A DNA stretch of 64,000 nucleotides from Vermamoeba vermiformis (Eukaryota), in NCBI GenBank assembly GCA_045837725.1, contig JBEWZL010000306.1, forward strand, positions 248,001 to 312,000, given 5' to 3'. A model generated the notes under the pieces. The model made no database searches, was not told where the DNA came from, and saw only the letters and a program-made list of their open reading frames with translations. Made by a program: the position numbers and the translations under genes. Within the stretch, counting starts at the first letter, position 1, and every line of letters starts with the position of its first letter. Of the stretch, positions 50,959 to 64,000 are shown piece after piece.

Positions 50959-53582
50959 TCAATCGAAGATAATATCCATTCTTTTGGACTGGAGGATCAA
51001 CAAATCCGGAGACTCCGAGTCACCTTGTCCATCGTCTAGTGTCACTCTCTTTACACTAGGACAACTTTCTAAGGATTCTAATATCCGATCCGCGTTCATC
51101 CTGCGAGAGGAACCAATCAGTTTCAGACCAATAATAAAATCGCATCTGCTTACTCGTAACAACGGGACAGCTCAAGACGACTCAATTTAGGACACTCTAC
51201 TGCTTCCAAGAACATCAATTCAGTGTTACGTAATATGCTTAAATACGCCAGACTCGTTGATCGCAATGAGAGCCTTTCAGCATTGCCACCAATAATCTTC
51301 AGCTCGCGAAGTCGAGAAAACTGATCCAGAATATGTCGCATTATTTCTGCTAATGGAGCATCGCTCCATAGAGCTAACACCATCTTTTCCAAATTTGGTG
51401 CGTTATCAATCGACGGAATTTCGAAGGGTGTCGGCGAGTATACGTTCAAGTAAAACAATCTTGGCGTGCTCAGATTTAATTCGGATAACGCAGCGTTAAT
51501 TACTAACAATCTGTTGTTGTAGCAAGACATTAGGCCATAATAACAGATGGTAATATCAAAAAAGTGTACCTGAGGTTTGGAGCCTCAATGCTGAGGCGTG
51601 CGCTGCAAGTTATATCCAAGCTGCGCAATGAATCCGAGATAATGTCTATAGATTGCACGTGTATTGAGGCAGTAACTGATTTTAGCCTATTCAAGGCTAA
51701 CAATCGTTCGAACTCGATACAATTGACATCCAGCTCTGTATTTGAAACATCCAGCGGAGAAGTCGCTTGAACGTACGTGACTGTCAGCTCTTCAAGAGCT
51801 GTTTGATATCGAATCAGCAATGAAAATGCCTTTGGAGAAGATACGGCTATTGACAAACTCGTCAAATGAATGCTATGACTTAACAAACTCTCGATGCACT
51901 CTGTAATTAAGCCGTTATTTATATAAACATTTTTTACCTAGAATTGTTCGCACTTACCGTCGTTCAAACGAAGATCAGTTAAATTCAGTCGTGTCAGATT
52001 AGGACATTCGAAGGACTTGGTGTATTTCAGCCCTTGTTCTGTTTTAATAAACAATGACTTGAGATTCCGCGAAGAAAACGACTCGAAATTTATCGTCGTT
52101 CTTAGTGACAGCTATAACACCGTTAAAAATCGCCGTTTTCGAACGAATTTACGCACCTTTGTCAAAGATGTAATCGCAGTGCAGACATGCTGAATGACAT
52201 CGCTGGTCACGTGAGTAGTGGACTTCAATGTTAGTGACGTCAAGCTAGTTTTGTTGTTATGGGCCAGTTGTAGTAAAATATTGTCGTTCACTGTTGTATC
52301 AACCAATGCTAATTCTTCCAGCGCGGTACGTTTGGTGACTATTTCAGCGAGTCCCTCTTCGGACACCAGCATACAATTATACCTGGTACAAAAAGGGTCA
52401 GTTAGAGCACCTAGCGATTCGTAGCGTGACTTACAGTGAAAGTGATTTCAAACGCGTTGCGCGTTCTGCCAACTGGAAGAACATTTGATCAACAAATAAC
52501 GAACTGTTGATGTACAACCGCTCAATATTTTGACACCTATCACCGAATTTATCAAAGTTCTCGGAAGTCAGCCGAACGCTCTTTTGAACTTCAAGATTTT
52601 TCAGCTTGAGACAGTGCTCGAGTAGGCTCTATATTGGTATTGTAAGTAACATCGGGGACGAATTAACCAACAGTCTTACGTCAAATACACGATCGTCCAT
52701 GAATTGCACGGACAAATCTTCTAACGCTGTCAAATTCTTGAAGGATTGAGGCCACTCTATTTGAACTCTGAATGGGCCGTGAATTTGAAATTCAATCTTG
52801 TATTTTGAGTTAAAACTTACTTATCAATCCTAAGCGATACTAATTGATAACAGTTATCAAGTATTTTGTTCATTATGCTTTTGTCTTCAATTTTGTCGAG
52901 GTGTAACGATTTTAAGGTAGTTCCGTTGGTATTGGCAAACAAAAGCGAGTATGATGTCGGACGAATAATACTCGCTTTCAACGTTTCGATGTTATTCAAT
53001 GGATGCGTAATTCGTCGAAGCTAATAATTAACAATAAGTTGGAGCAGATCGATGGGTATGAGTTAGGCTAACAAACCTGTGAGCATTTAGAAATGTCCAA
53101 ATATTTTATTTGCGTGCACGACGATATTATGGTTGCTAGCATATCGTCATCTACATTAGTACTGCAGAAAATTGATTAAAAAATTGCAAAATATTTCAAA
53201 TAATTTGTTACCTCTTAAGATCGAGAAATTCGATTGCCTTGCATGTTGCTATTGCCTTTGCGTGCTCAAGTGACAAATTAGAAAAATTGGTGATTGCTAG
53301 ATGCGTCAAAGTTGCGTTGAGGCTCGCAAAAAGTTCTGTAAAGGAAGCAAGCGACTGACGTTGTATATAATACGTTAAATCGATTTTTTTGATATCAGCG
53401 TCGAGGAATAAGGCCAAATTAATGTCTTTATCCAGGATCTCCTCCTTCGTCAATAATTTATGGAGCAGCTTTTCTTTCAATTCAGAAGGGATAGGCAAAG
53501 ATGAATAACACTCGATTTTATCTGCTATTTTTTCAAGACAGACAGATAAAAGTGTCCATTGTTTTGTGGTTGTGTTGCTCAT
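50959..53582 (-). CDS. Leucine-rich repeat protein (AMN1/FBXL-type LRRs) with N-terminal BC-box-like motif
   Basis: TLLSVCLEKIADKI...LPIPSELKEKLL, followed by many LxxLxL repeats over about 10 exons. Confidence 0.75.
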
Positions 53583-53810
53583 CAGTGAGTTGAGTACGAA
53601 AAAAATCGTCCGAGACTAGGCAAACGTGCCTACCTTAACAGGTGTTCAACGACCTAAACACCTCACTACGTTGTCGCGAGGTCAGTGGGAACAGCAAGGT
53701 TGAGGAAACTGGATCGGAATCAGGATCAAACAATTAAACCCCGTCAAGTATTTCAGCAATATTGTTTATAGAAAAATACTGGAGATAATTAATACATTAG
53801 CACCATTGAC

Positions 53811-54965
53811 TTAGAAGCTAAGCATGTCCAAAGAGCGCTTGCCGTTCTGATCGCATTGCTTGTTTTGGAGATCGCAAGTGTAACCGTTAGGGCAGCAAGA
53901 TTGCTTGTCGCTGCAGCAGACGGCATTGGGGTAGGGGCAGCAGCCGTATGAGCCTGATTGCAATTGGCAGCAAGTGGAGCCGCTGTTGCATTCGCTACCG
54001 TCAGGGCAGTTCACGTCACGACCCTGCACCAAAATGTTAGATGTGATCTAAGATGTTCAGATCTAACAAGTAATTTGTGACCCATATGGCGTAGTTATAT
54101 TTGCCAAATTGGTAATTGATTTGCTATCGAGGGTTACGGAATTCAGATCCGGGTATGACACATACTTGGACTTGAACCAATGACAAAGCCTTGCCCTTGC
54201 GAGCGGATTGAACGCATTGCTTGTTGGTAAGGTCGCAAGTGTAGCCGTTAGGGCAGCAAGATTGCTTGTCACTGCAGCACACAGCGTTGGCGTACGGGCA
54301 GCAACCGTACTCACCGGATTGCAATTGGCAGCAAGTGTCAGCTGGAATTAAAGCATTAGATCTTTGAATATTGCTATTTGCACGTGTAATATAGCGATGA
54401 TGGAGGAGAGGGATCAACTTACTGCTAGGGCAAGAGCTGCCATCAGCACAGCTGACATCTCGGGCCTATAATGAAAAATAAATAACTGAACGATGCAACG
54501 TGCTTGTTAATGCGTGTTCCACGATTATTCTAATTTTTATAGTGCAGCTAAATTTTTCGTGCGAAAGTTCTCGATCAAGTTTGAAGAAGAGACATACTTC
54601 CAATTGAATTTCCTCTTTAGCTTGAGTATCCTCAGCTTTTTGAATGCATTGGCTCTTTTGAACATCACAAGTATAGCCGTTAGGGCAGCAAGAAGAGTGA
54701 TCACTGAAATTTGTTAATAATTTTCGTATTTTTCAAAGCAATTTAATTTACCTGCAGCAAACAGCTTGAGGGTAAGGGCAGCAACCATATTGACCATCGG
54801 CGAGTTCGCAGCCTATTTTATAAATACTTTAACGACCGCCGAAGATTTTTTTGATCAAATCCTCTTACAAGTTTGATCGCTCTCGCAGGTACCAGCAGGA
54901 CAACTGTCAGCAGTAACAATGGTAAAGACGGCAAGAGCCGCAACTAAAAAGAAGACAAACTTCAT
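53811..54965 (-). CDS. Secreted progranulin-like protein with three granulin modules
   Basis: Signal [19 protein letters not shown]; three C..C..TCC...GCCP.P/A.AVCC.D...CCP.GYTC......C 12-Cys modules. Confidence 0.92.
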
Positions 54966-55559
54966 TGTGTTCGTGTTGATTGTTGGATCGTAAAAAATGC
55001 TTGCGCACAGCACAACAAGAGAACCTGTTTCGGCCCGCCACTGGGGCCGCCGCGGTTCACCACGAGTTAATCACAATTATTCATGAAAGTTATTTCAGAC
55101 CATCTCCTTCCTGAAATTCAGTGGCCGTTGCGTGGATGTTCTGTTAGCAGATTTATTAATTGCATTACTATTACGCGTAGATTGCTGCTATAATTACGTA
55201 AATAATATCATGCTTTTACCGTACCATGGCTAGGTATTTTTATCAAGAAAATGGAAGATATTCGGATGTGCTGGTACGTACTGCTCTCAATGACCACGGC
55301 GCTCATCAGCAAACGTACTACATTATTTGTATTCAGTATGACATGCTTAGCACTCGGCAGAAGATTGAAGCAAAGAGACCCCTGGACTTTAGTGTCAAGC
55401 TGATCAGCGTGCTAATACGTGTGCTGTCGTATGCTTGTATTAACATACGCTCAACGTTATCTTTCTTGATGCGCGTCAATCAATCAATCAGCACTTGATT
55501 TAATTGATGTTGGCGTTTTTCCCATCAGTTCCCACACTTTCTAAACAAGGCGAAAACAA

Positions 55560-58500
55560 ATGCGGCCCCTCTTCGTGCCCATTCTATTATACTTCGCCTT
55601 GTTACTCGCGCACCATGCAAATGGCGTTGCAATATGCGACCACGTCAAAAATATTGGTAAGTGAAAGATTATTCAATTCGCTTGCCAGTTAGAACTGCTG
55701 TTCCTTGATTCAATCCCGTAATAATATGACACATATAAATAGGTATTATTGGTAGTATCGATGGCTTTGGTGCAGCGTTTTCAAACGTGACTTGGCTTTC
55801 ATCTGCGTGCCAAGCGACATCCGATTTTAATTCGGGATGGATAAACGTCCCTGCGCAATATCCACTTGTCACAAAATCATCAGAACTCACAATTAATGAA
55901 TTGTTGGTGCGCAGATCTTTGAAGACACGAACGGATGCCAATAGTAATGCAGTCATTAACATCACGATAGAATTTCGCGTGACAACCAGTGGAGATAATG
56001 GCCTTAATTCAAAATCTCACGGATTCATAACAAAATCCCTCGCAGGTGCGGATTTGAATTTTTGAATTGTTCTGATTAATGACGGTTATTTTCAGGCATT
56101 CCCGTAAACGCAATTTCTTTTCAACCAATATCATGGCGTGGAATACTTTATTCCTCGTGTCAAGAAAACGACTTAGATTGCACACACGTTGTGGATCAGG
56201 ATCTTTTTGATGGCAATCAACCTTCAATTCTTCAACCCTCGACGCCCAGTGATTATCAATTCGATATTATTAAACTCGTGCGAGAGCGTATTTCTGACGT
56301 TAACCTACTGCTGGGACCTCTTGATGCAGCTCCTTCAGCAATGCATGGTTCGGTCCGCGGATGCTTCATGCCCAAAAAGAATCCGATGATTGCATCAGTA
56401 ATATATGGTACAGACAATGCTTTAGGTAAGTCTCAGACTTTATTCTCAGGAAAAAACCTCGTCTCATTTTCTTTTGTTTTGTGTAGGCAGATCGGCGTCA
56501 GCTTCATTTCGAGATTCGTGCCAAGGAACTGAGTGCGGCTCAATATTAGTATCTAGCATTCAAGACTTATTGAGCGAGGCTTCACAAGGCAAATGCCCTT
56601 CACTGAACAACATTCAAGAGTCGATCAGCTCTTCAGTGGATGCGGAAATAGCCATCGATAGTAGCAACAGTTCTATCCACGTGCGAAATTTGTTCGCACA
56701 GACAAGGGCTGTAGTTAGCTGCGGCGACTTGTTCTTTGGCATCGAAGTAACTGCTAGAGGCTCGTACCAGTCACCGTGGCCCGTGGACATCTTTTTGGCC
56801 GACACGAAGGCAATGGTAGCAATGATCAAAGCCATCAAGCTCAATTTAAACGGAAACATCTATGGCGCTGTCCAAGTCGACAATCAACTCTTCACAGTCG
56901 TGTCTGGTGATTTATTTTCGATTGGTCGCGGTGGTGCTTTGATACCCGACCGTGCCATCGATTCTACCGTGATCCAATCAGCCCTAACTCAAATCAAGCA
57001 AAAGATTTCAACTGAAGTCGACTTGGTGAACGATTTCATCGACGATTTGTTGCGAATGGGCGACATCACCGCACTAATTAACCGCTACAAGAGCACGGTA
57101 GCAGCACCTCGCTTGGTAGATTTCTTCCAGTGGCTGTTCAGGAACGAGCCCAGAGTCACTATTGTAGTCAGTGCTGATGGCAGTGAAATCACGCTCCTGT
57201 TTTCCATTGGTGAAAAGCTCAAGATTCCGTTCGACCATAACTTCATCACCGCTGCTAACGAGAAGTTTGATACTTTCGGTTCCGACATTCGATCGCAAAG
57301 TGTGGCTGCAAACGCCTTTGTCATACCTTCAATATCAGAGACAGATGCTGCTACACTCAACTGTCTTCTGCAAGCCTCGGTAACTCTTCAATTACTTGAC
57401 AACTCCACAAACGTACTGCGTGTCATCAACAGCACGATTGACTTCACTGGTGCTATTGACATTCGTGCCAAGTTCAGTACCTTGCTGCCTGGAATGTTCT
57501 CTTCGGCGAGCTTCATGCAGCTAATCGGTGGAGAGCCTTATATAGTAGCTGAGATTGGAGGTGGATTGAGCAGCGTCATTGGTTCACACGCAATTCACTT
57601 CAACGAGCTGTTCTTGGATTTGCCTTTCAACAACTCCAGAAACCTCATTTCGGCTGTCGAGAACATATTGGGAAAACTGGCGGAGAACCCTTGGACCATG
57701 AGCGCGCTTCAACCATTCACGACCAACTTTGGGTCAATTATGCCGAACACGAACTTTTACAACGGTCTATCGTGGCTTGCTTCCTTAGTTAAGGACCCAG
57801 AGGCAACTACAGTATCGGTGGCTCGCAAATGGATATCCCAAATTCAACAAATAACCGACAAAGTATCGAACCTGATTGTCTTCCCCAAAATTGAACCAGG
57901 CAGCAACCTGATGAAGCTGTCACTTCAAGTTCACGAACTAGCGAGCCTTTCAATCCCAAGCGATCGAACGCAATGGAAGTCACTTGGTACCGCGAGATTG
58001 TCTGTTCCAACACTTGTAAAGAAGACACTGGAGTCAGTAATGAACTTCGAGAACGTCGAATCTAGCTCGCTCAACGTGGGTGCCAAAGCATTTAGCAAGC
58101 TCAGTAACTGGGTCGTGCCCTTGAGACATCAGATGATCTCTGGTATTGCCACCGAGAGTTCGATCTCCGTTGACATCAATCTGCCAAGCTTCACGAATAT
58201 CAACTTGCACCTCAATCTCTTGCCTGGCCGAGGTGAAAAGAACATTCTCGTAGACATTTTTGGCGACAAATTGTTGGACACTGAACGCTATCCCGAATTC
58301 AAGCTATTGACGAACAACACGATTACCATCGACCCGTCCAACGTCTTGTCTTCAATCAAAGACGGTCTCATGCAGTTCGTTCCCTTGCTATATTCAGGTG
58401 CGCTCAACTTCCCGATTCCTCCGATGAAGGAGTCGTTGGGCTCGATGTACAGTGGTGTGAGTGGCCTGATCGAGGACGAAATCGTGCCTTGGTTGCTCTC

Positions 58501-61500
58501 AGCAATTGAAGACGATAATCTCTTCACGATTGAAGTGTGCATCAATGCACCTCAAGACTTGTCCTTTAACTTCACCATCAACGGCGTCAATCTTGAGCTT
58601 TGTCCATTTGACTTCACGAGCTTCAGCTCGCTACAAGACCTGAACACGGCGCTCACTCAAAATATCAAGAATTGTCGTTTGGACACCTTTATCATCCCAA
58701 AAATAACAAAGCAAATCAACGAAACGTGCGGTGAAATCAGTATGATGGCTGCCGTACGTGGTGCCATCAGAAGCCTTCAAGGTCTAATAGCAGGCGAGCA
58801 CCAAGTCCAATTCAACGCACCGCAAGCACCTTCGTTTGGCAGTTGGAAAGACTTGCTTTTTGTCCTCAGAACTGTTCTCAAGGCTCCGTGGCTAAGCATC
58901 GAAGAGACAACCGTACCTCTTGCAGAAGTTCAAGGACTGCTCCCTGTGACATTCCAAAAGGTCTTCAACGACTCCAAACCAGCTGTTTTTGTAGACGTCA
59001 GCATACCGCTCGGCAACAAGGAGAATGTCCTTGCCTCATTAGCTCCGACTTTAATCTCAGAAGACGGAGCGCTGGCCTTGAACATGCCCGACAAACTCCA
59101 CATCACGGCGGAGTTAACTTCAGCAATCCGCTGTCACCTTGGTGTTGTTTTCAACGTTCCTGGCACCAACGACATCTCGGCCTTCTCAGATCTTCAAGGA
59201 GAAGATGGCGTCACTCTACAATCAGTCATTGAAGCAGGCAACAATACATTTGACTTGCGCGTTCAAGCTCAGTACAGATCGATCAGTAGTCAATACTTGA
59301 TGGAGTATTCGAACACCATTGTGTTGACGCCTGGAGTTACCTTTGAAGAAAGTGTTACTCATGACATTCTCAGCCAAGTCAACGACACAATCAGAGACTT
59401 GCTTAACATTACTGTTGAACCGAGCAATGAAATGTTGGGTCTCACAGCTCAAATTCGTGTTGCCGTTGTTCGCAAGCAAGTGGATGAAGAGACGTGGATC
59501 TTGCCCGTTGAACTCTCAATTAGCAACTCAAGAGTACCTGGCCTGTCAAACTTTGTCAATCACCCATCGAGCGCTCATGTAATCGTCTCTGGCTTGTCTG
59601 TGAATGGTTCACTGAATGCTGCAGCGTCCTTTGATACCAAAGTGCACGGTGTATTAGGCATTCTTAACTTGCGAGACTCAGACATTGAAGGCAATGTCTC
59701 AGCGTCTGTTGGCGTGGCACAAATGCACCCGTATACAACATTGTCTGCCGTTGGCTCGGCCTTGGTCAACAACGAGCTGTTTGATCGTATACTTCAAGCT
59801 GACGTGCAACTTCACTCCAACATGAGCATCTTTGGCTACAGTTTATCCGAGATTGAGAACTTGAATCTCTCTGAGCTACCGACGATTGGCTTCTTAGTAG
59901 ATCAAGCCATCTCATTTGCCAACACGACAGTTCTTAGCCACATCAACCAGGAGCTGTCAAAGTGGCGCACTCATGTTATGACTGCTCGTGAAGACGTCAA
60001 ACAAGCGTTCGAGTCTCTTTCCCGATTGAATCAAGACTCACTCTGCGATTGGACAAGCAAGATCTACGACGCTGCGGAAACAATGGGCGACAAAACTTTA
60101 ACATTGCCATTTACTTCGGCAAGTCTGGAAGACGTAATCACACCCGGCCTCTTGGAAGTAATATCGAAGCTCAAGACCGTAGTTTGTGAAGCTAAGACTG
60201 GTCTGACCATGCAGCAATTCTGCGATGCAATGAACCGACTTTGGAACCAAGAGATTTGCCGCAATGCAGTCTTGACCTATTCGTCATTCAAGTTCGAGCT
60301 TGAATTGGAGCGTTATAACCGCGAGTTCACCTCATCGGTCAGCGTTGATGTTGGCAAGATCTTTGGCAGCAAACACGCAGCTATGACGGGTGCTACTGCC
60401 CTAACTGTGCTTGGAAACTTCAGCTTCTATCTTCCTTTGGAGGCTCTGTTTTCATCAGAAGGCGTTTCCCTGCGCATTGGAGACGACTACCATTTTGAAG
60501 TCGATGTTGCCGTAGACGGATTCGGAACCGCTCGTGCCTACATCGGACCTTTAGCTCTCACACTCGCTGACCTCCGTGCCTACATCGGATCGCCAGCAAA
60601 GCTCGTAGCTCAAAAGGGTTCCCTTGCATTGAGCGGAGAAGCTGCCTTCTCGGCCGTTGTCAATCTTCCTAATTCTCAGTGTCGATTGAGCATTGCAGTG
60701 CCCGACATCAGTCGCCCCTTCTCAGACCCCAGCACTATCATCACTGAATGCCGCGATGGCTTCTTAAAACTCCTCGAAGACGCTCTTCAGAGCAGTCCTT
60801 TGATCAACTATTTCAGCTCTCCCTCTCGCTTATTAGCTCAAATGGAGGAAGGTCTGGATCAGATGTTGGACTCCATCTTTACGACCACAGGATCGCTCAA
60901 CTATCCGCTCATTGGTCGCTTATTTGAAGAACTAATTAGAAGTGATGTCCTGTCGTTAGTTGGATCAGGAGAAGGTCAAGAAATCATTCGAAGATTGGCT
61001 AATATGACAAGCACAATCTTGCAGTCAGACCTTAATCCTGCCGTGATCGATCAAGTCACACTGCAAGGCTTTACGGAGATCTTGTGCCTTGTCTACAAGC
61101 CTAAACACTGCCCGACCCCTCCCCAACTCGGTGCTGGTCTTGAGCTCCGTTGGCCTCTTCAGCTCGCTCGTTCAGTGAGCAAACCAATTGCCGGCATCAA
61201 TTTTGGCTTAGGCGCACATGGATTTGCTGCGCTGACACTCGAATGCTCTGCACAGCTTCAAGTCACTTTTGACGTGAACTTCACTTTGATCTACAGCTCG
61301 TCACACGGCATCCAAGTGCTCATCAACAACGATCAAATTCTCATCTCTGCCAATGCCAACCTTGATCTGTCCGCGTGTCACTTGAAGGGCAAAATTGGTT
61401 TCCTGGGTGCTGACCTTGGAACAGATGGCAACAGTGGCGTTCGAGCTTCATTCACGATCACAAACACTGGTGGCAGTCTGCGTCCAGATCTCAACTTTGC

Positions 61501-64000
61501 CGCTGAAATCACCGGTGCACTTGAGCTTGGTCTTGCAGGGTCCCTGAAGTCTGGCCAAAGCGGAGTTCAAAATGCAGTGCCTCATTGGCAAGCACGAGCA
61601 CGATTCTATTGGCCATACTCACTGGAGTCCAACACGGTCCTCCCACCTGTGTTCACGTTGACCGAGCTCAACATGTGCACTGGCACAGTCCTCGCTGATA
61701 TGGTCCGAGAAATCATTTCTGCTGCGGATCCGATCTTCAAGCCTTTCAACAACGTTCTTGGTCGCGATGGAATTCTCTTGAGACGAATTGAACCCACAAG
61801 ATACATCTTTGGCAGACCTCTGACACTTGTTGAACTTCTCCGCATTGTCGCGCGAGAGTTTTGCAGTAGTTGCGCTTTTGATGGAGTATTTGAATGCATT
61901 GAAGCGTTCTTGTCCATCAACGAGGTCTTCCAATCCGTGCAAAGATTCAAAGATTTGGGAGTGAACGGCTGTCAGGTCACGCAAGCCGTACAAAGCTTCA
62001 ACCTCAACTTCCAATCGCCAAAGCTTGACCCAGAGTTGTTCGGTCCATTGCCAGATGGTTCTCTCTTTGCACTGGACCCGTCCAAATTGCCTCTTGACAT
62101 TAACGAGATTCGCCAATCCTACAGTCGAATCACCGTTGAAGGCAAGTTCGGTGTCCGCTTCCCATTGGTCCAGAACATCCCGCAGAAGGTCATCAGCCTC
62201 TTGCTTGGCCAAGATATTCGTCTGGTAGAATTTGTCATTCCTCCCATGACTATTGCTGCTGGAGTTAATTGGCCTATTCCCGTGTGGCCCGTACCACTTG
62301 TCACGCTCAACATTGGAATCAGCGCTTCAATTCGTCTAGACATTAATCGCGTCATATTCACATCGAAGGGAATAAGACACTTGATCGAGACTGGCTCGCC
62401 TGGCTCACTCATTAGCTCACTAGCAATTCCAACAGTTCGAGATGATGGCTCACCCCTCTGGCAACTTCAAGGCTCTGTCAGACTCACAGGTGGCGTGACA
62501 GTTAGCATCTTTGTAGTCAAAGGCTCTGCTTATGTCTTCCTTCAATTCGACGCAATGGCGCGCATTCCAGACCTTCACAGAGGATTTGTTGCATTTGACG
62601 AACTCGCATCTGCCTTCAAACTCGGTGGTTTAGGCGTGCTCCAGCGACGCCTGCAGTTGGCTGCCGGCTTTGGCTTGAGACTTCAAGCATGCATCCCACT
62701 CGTCTTCAAGACCGTTTGCCGTAACATCGTTAGAATCGAGCGTAGTGCAATTATTTGGGCAGCGGAATCTTCCGAATCACGTATCAACCCGCGCTTCACG
62801 GACAACGCTGGATCTCTCAATTTGGACGCAATTGAACCGAACTCTAAGGTTGTGGTGTATGACAATCTCCTTGAAAGCACGCGCAGAACGACTCTCATTC
62901 CTGCTGATAACACGTCAAGATCTGTTGACACCAGCGCAGCCAATCCTGTCATGTACAGTGGCAGTCCAAGAGCGCTCGAAATGGAAGTTCGATACGTTAG
63001 GCAACTCGTGCACTTGCCTCAAAACGCCTTTTTGAGATTTGTTCAATCAGCCAACAACGATGCCCGACGATTTATCGTTCGTCCAAACGGCATTTCTTCT
63101 GACAGTAGCAGCATGGGTGTTGCCATCAACGAAGGCTGTTCTAAGCTACTTATGGAATCCCCCAAGGCCTTTTCGACCGTGTCGTTCTCTGGTCTCCCGT
63201 GCAGCACACAAGTCAAGTCGTTGTCAACAGTCAATGTTGCACTTGATGGAGACGTCAGTCAATACCAATCAAGATCGCTCGTTATTGAAGACGGAGCCAG
63301 AGATATTACGTCTAGAATTCAAGACACTGTGTATGAATTCTCAGCTTCAAGCATCAAGACAGTTAATGGCTTGGATTTGACATTTGCAACCGACGGATCG
63401 GTGCCTTCTATCACAGCGTTCGGTCACTTCACAATGAACTCTACTTTCTTCATCAAAGATTCGCCTCCAAATAGATCCCTGACGGTTGTCGGTGGCTCAG
63501 GCAACAATATTTTTGACATTCCAGACGTATCAACCCTGCGCGGATTAGTCACGCTTCGTGGCGGAACTTCACACGTCAATTACTTGGACCTCGATATCTT
63601 AGCCTCGACTGCTGGCCTCAACGTTGTTACTGGCCCTTCGTCGTTAGTCTATCAACAAGAAAACACCATCTTATGGGAGAATATCAAGAGTCGCAAGTTC
63701 AACATCGATGCCAAGGCTGGAACTTCAACGAGTTTCACGTTGTTGCGAACGGAGGACCATTCAACTGTAGAGGTCGTTGCCAAGGCTGAAGCAGGCAGTG
63801 ACGTTTCTCAATACATTACTGGCTGCAGTGGCTCATCTGAGCTCCGCGTTCAACTCGAAAATGATGGCAATCACGTTGTTTACATTGGCAATAGCGACGA
63901 GATTAGCGACTTCGCTTGCACTTTGCGAATCACAGGAGGCAACGGACCGACTCAAGTTGACACTGTTGTCATTCAAGCCTCTGATGACAAGCGCCACTTG
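55560..64000 (+). CDS. Giant secreted/surface protein (>2,700 aa, 3'-truncated), bacterial giant-adhesin-like
   Basis: ATG 55560 with signal peptide MRPLFVPILLYFALLLAHHANG. Introns at about 55657-55692, 55718-55755, 56046-56095 and 56426-56486. One frame then appears open from 56487 to the window end, which explains its absence from the ORF track. Confidence 0.85.

Noticed and set aside
61619-62212. 197-aa minus-strand ORF and other short ORFs in 56.6-63.4 kb
   Set aside because: Antisense or alternate-frame shadows of the giant plus-strand reading frame.
56487-64000. Bacterial contaminant contig joined to the window end
   Set aside because: The frame connects through GT-AG introns to a signal-peptide exon, and its codon style looks like the other exons. 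Long reads should still confirm the join.
1-64000. CRISPR arrays, operons, transposases, rRNA
   Set aside because: No spaced direct repeats, transposase/RT motifs or rRNA signatures were seen; the sequence is spliceosomal eukaryotic DNA.

Overview
Gene-dense, intron-rich eukaryotic nuclear DNA with short AT-rich GT-AG introns (mostly about 36-450 nt), the standard genetic code and short intergenic gaps. Gene content suggests a free-living protist, plausibly an amoebozoan, but this is inference only. About 25 protein-coding genes can be assembled by hand. Recognisable ones are RFC2, VAC14, eIF3h, VMA21, Elongin B, mitochondrial acyl carrier protein, a GH27 alpha-galactosidase, a RasGEF, a TKL kinase, an ATG1/ULK-like kinase, an NmrA-like protein and a three-module granulin. 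No rRNA, tRNA, CRISPR array or transposase was found. Most notable: (1) a giant secreted protein (>2,700 aa, open at the window end and missing from the ORF track) whose motifs resemble bacterial giant surface proteins; (2) an Ig-fold + IPT + ankyrin protein with NF-kB/Mga2-like architecture; (3) an ESRP/Fusilli-like splicing factor with four qRRMs and a UGG-rich leader; (4) an inverted pair of F-box + AGC-pseudokinase genes with a near-identical 5' tract ending at an A18 run; (5) two U12-type introns; (6) an out-of-frame CaaX tail on the ULK-like kinase; (7) a captured exon fragment in an intron; (8) recurrent palindromic intron motifs. All family calls come from motif recognition by eye; no searches were run.
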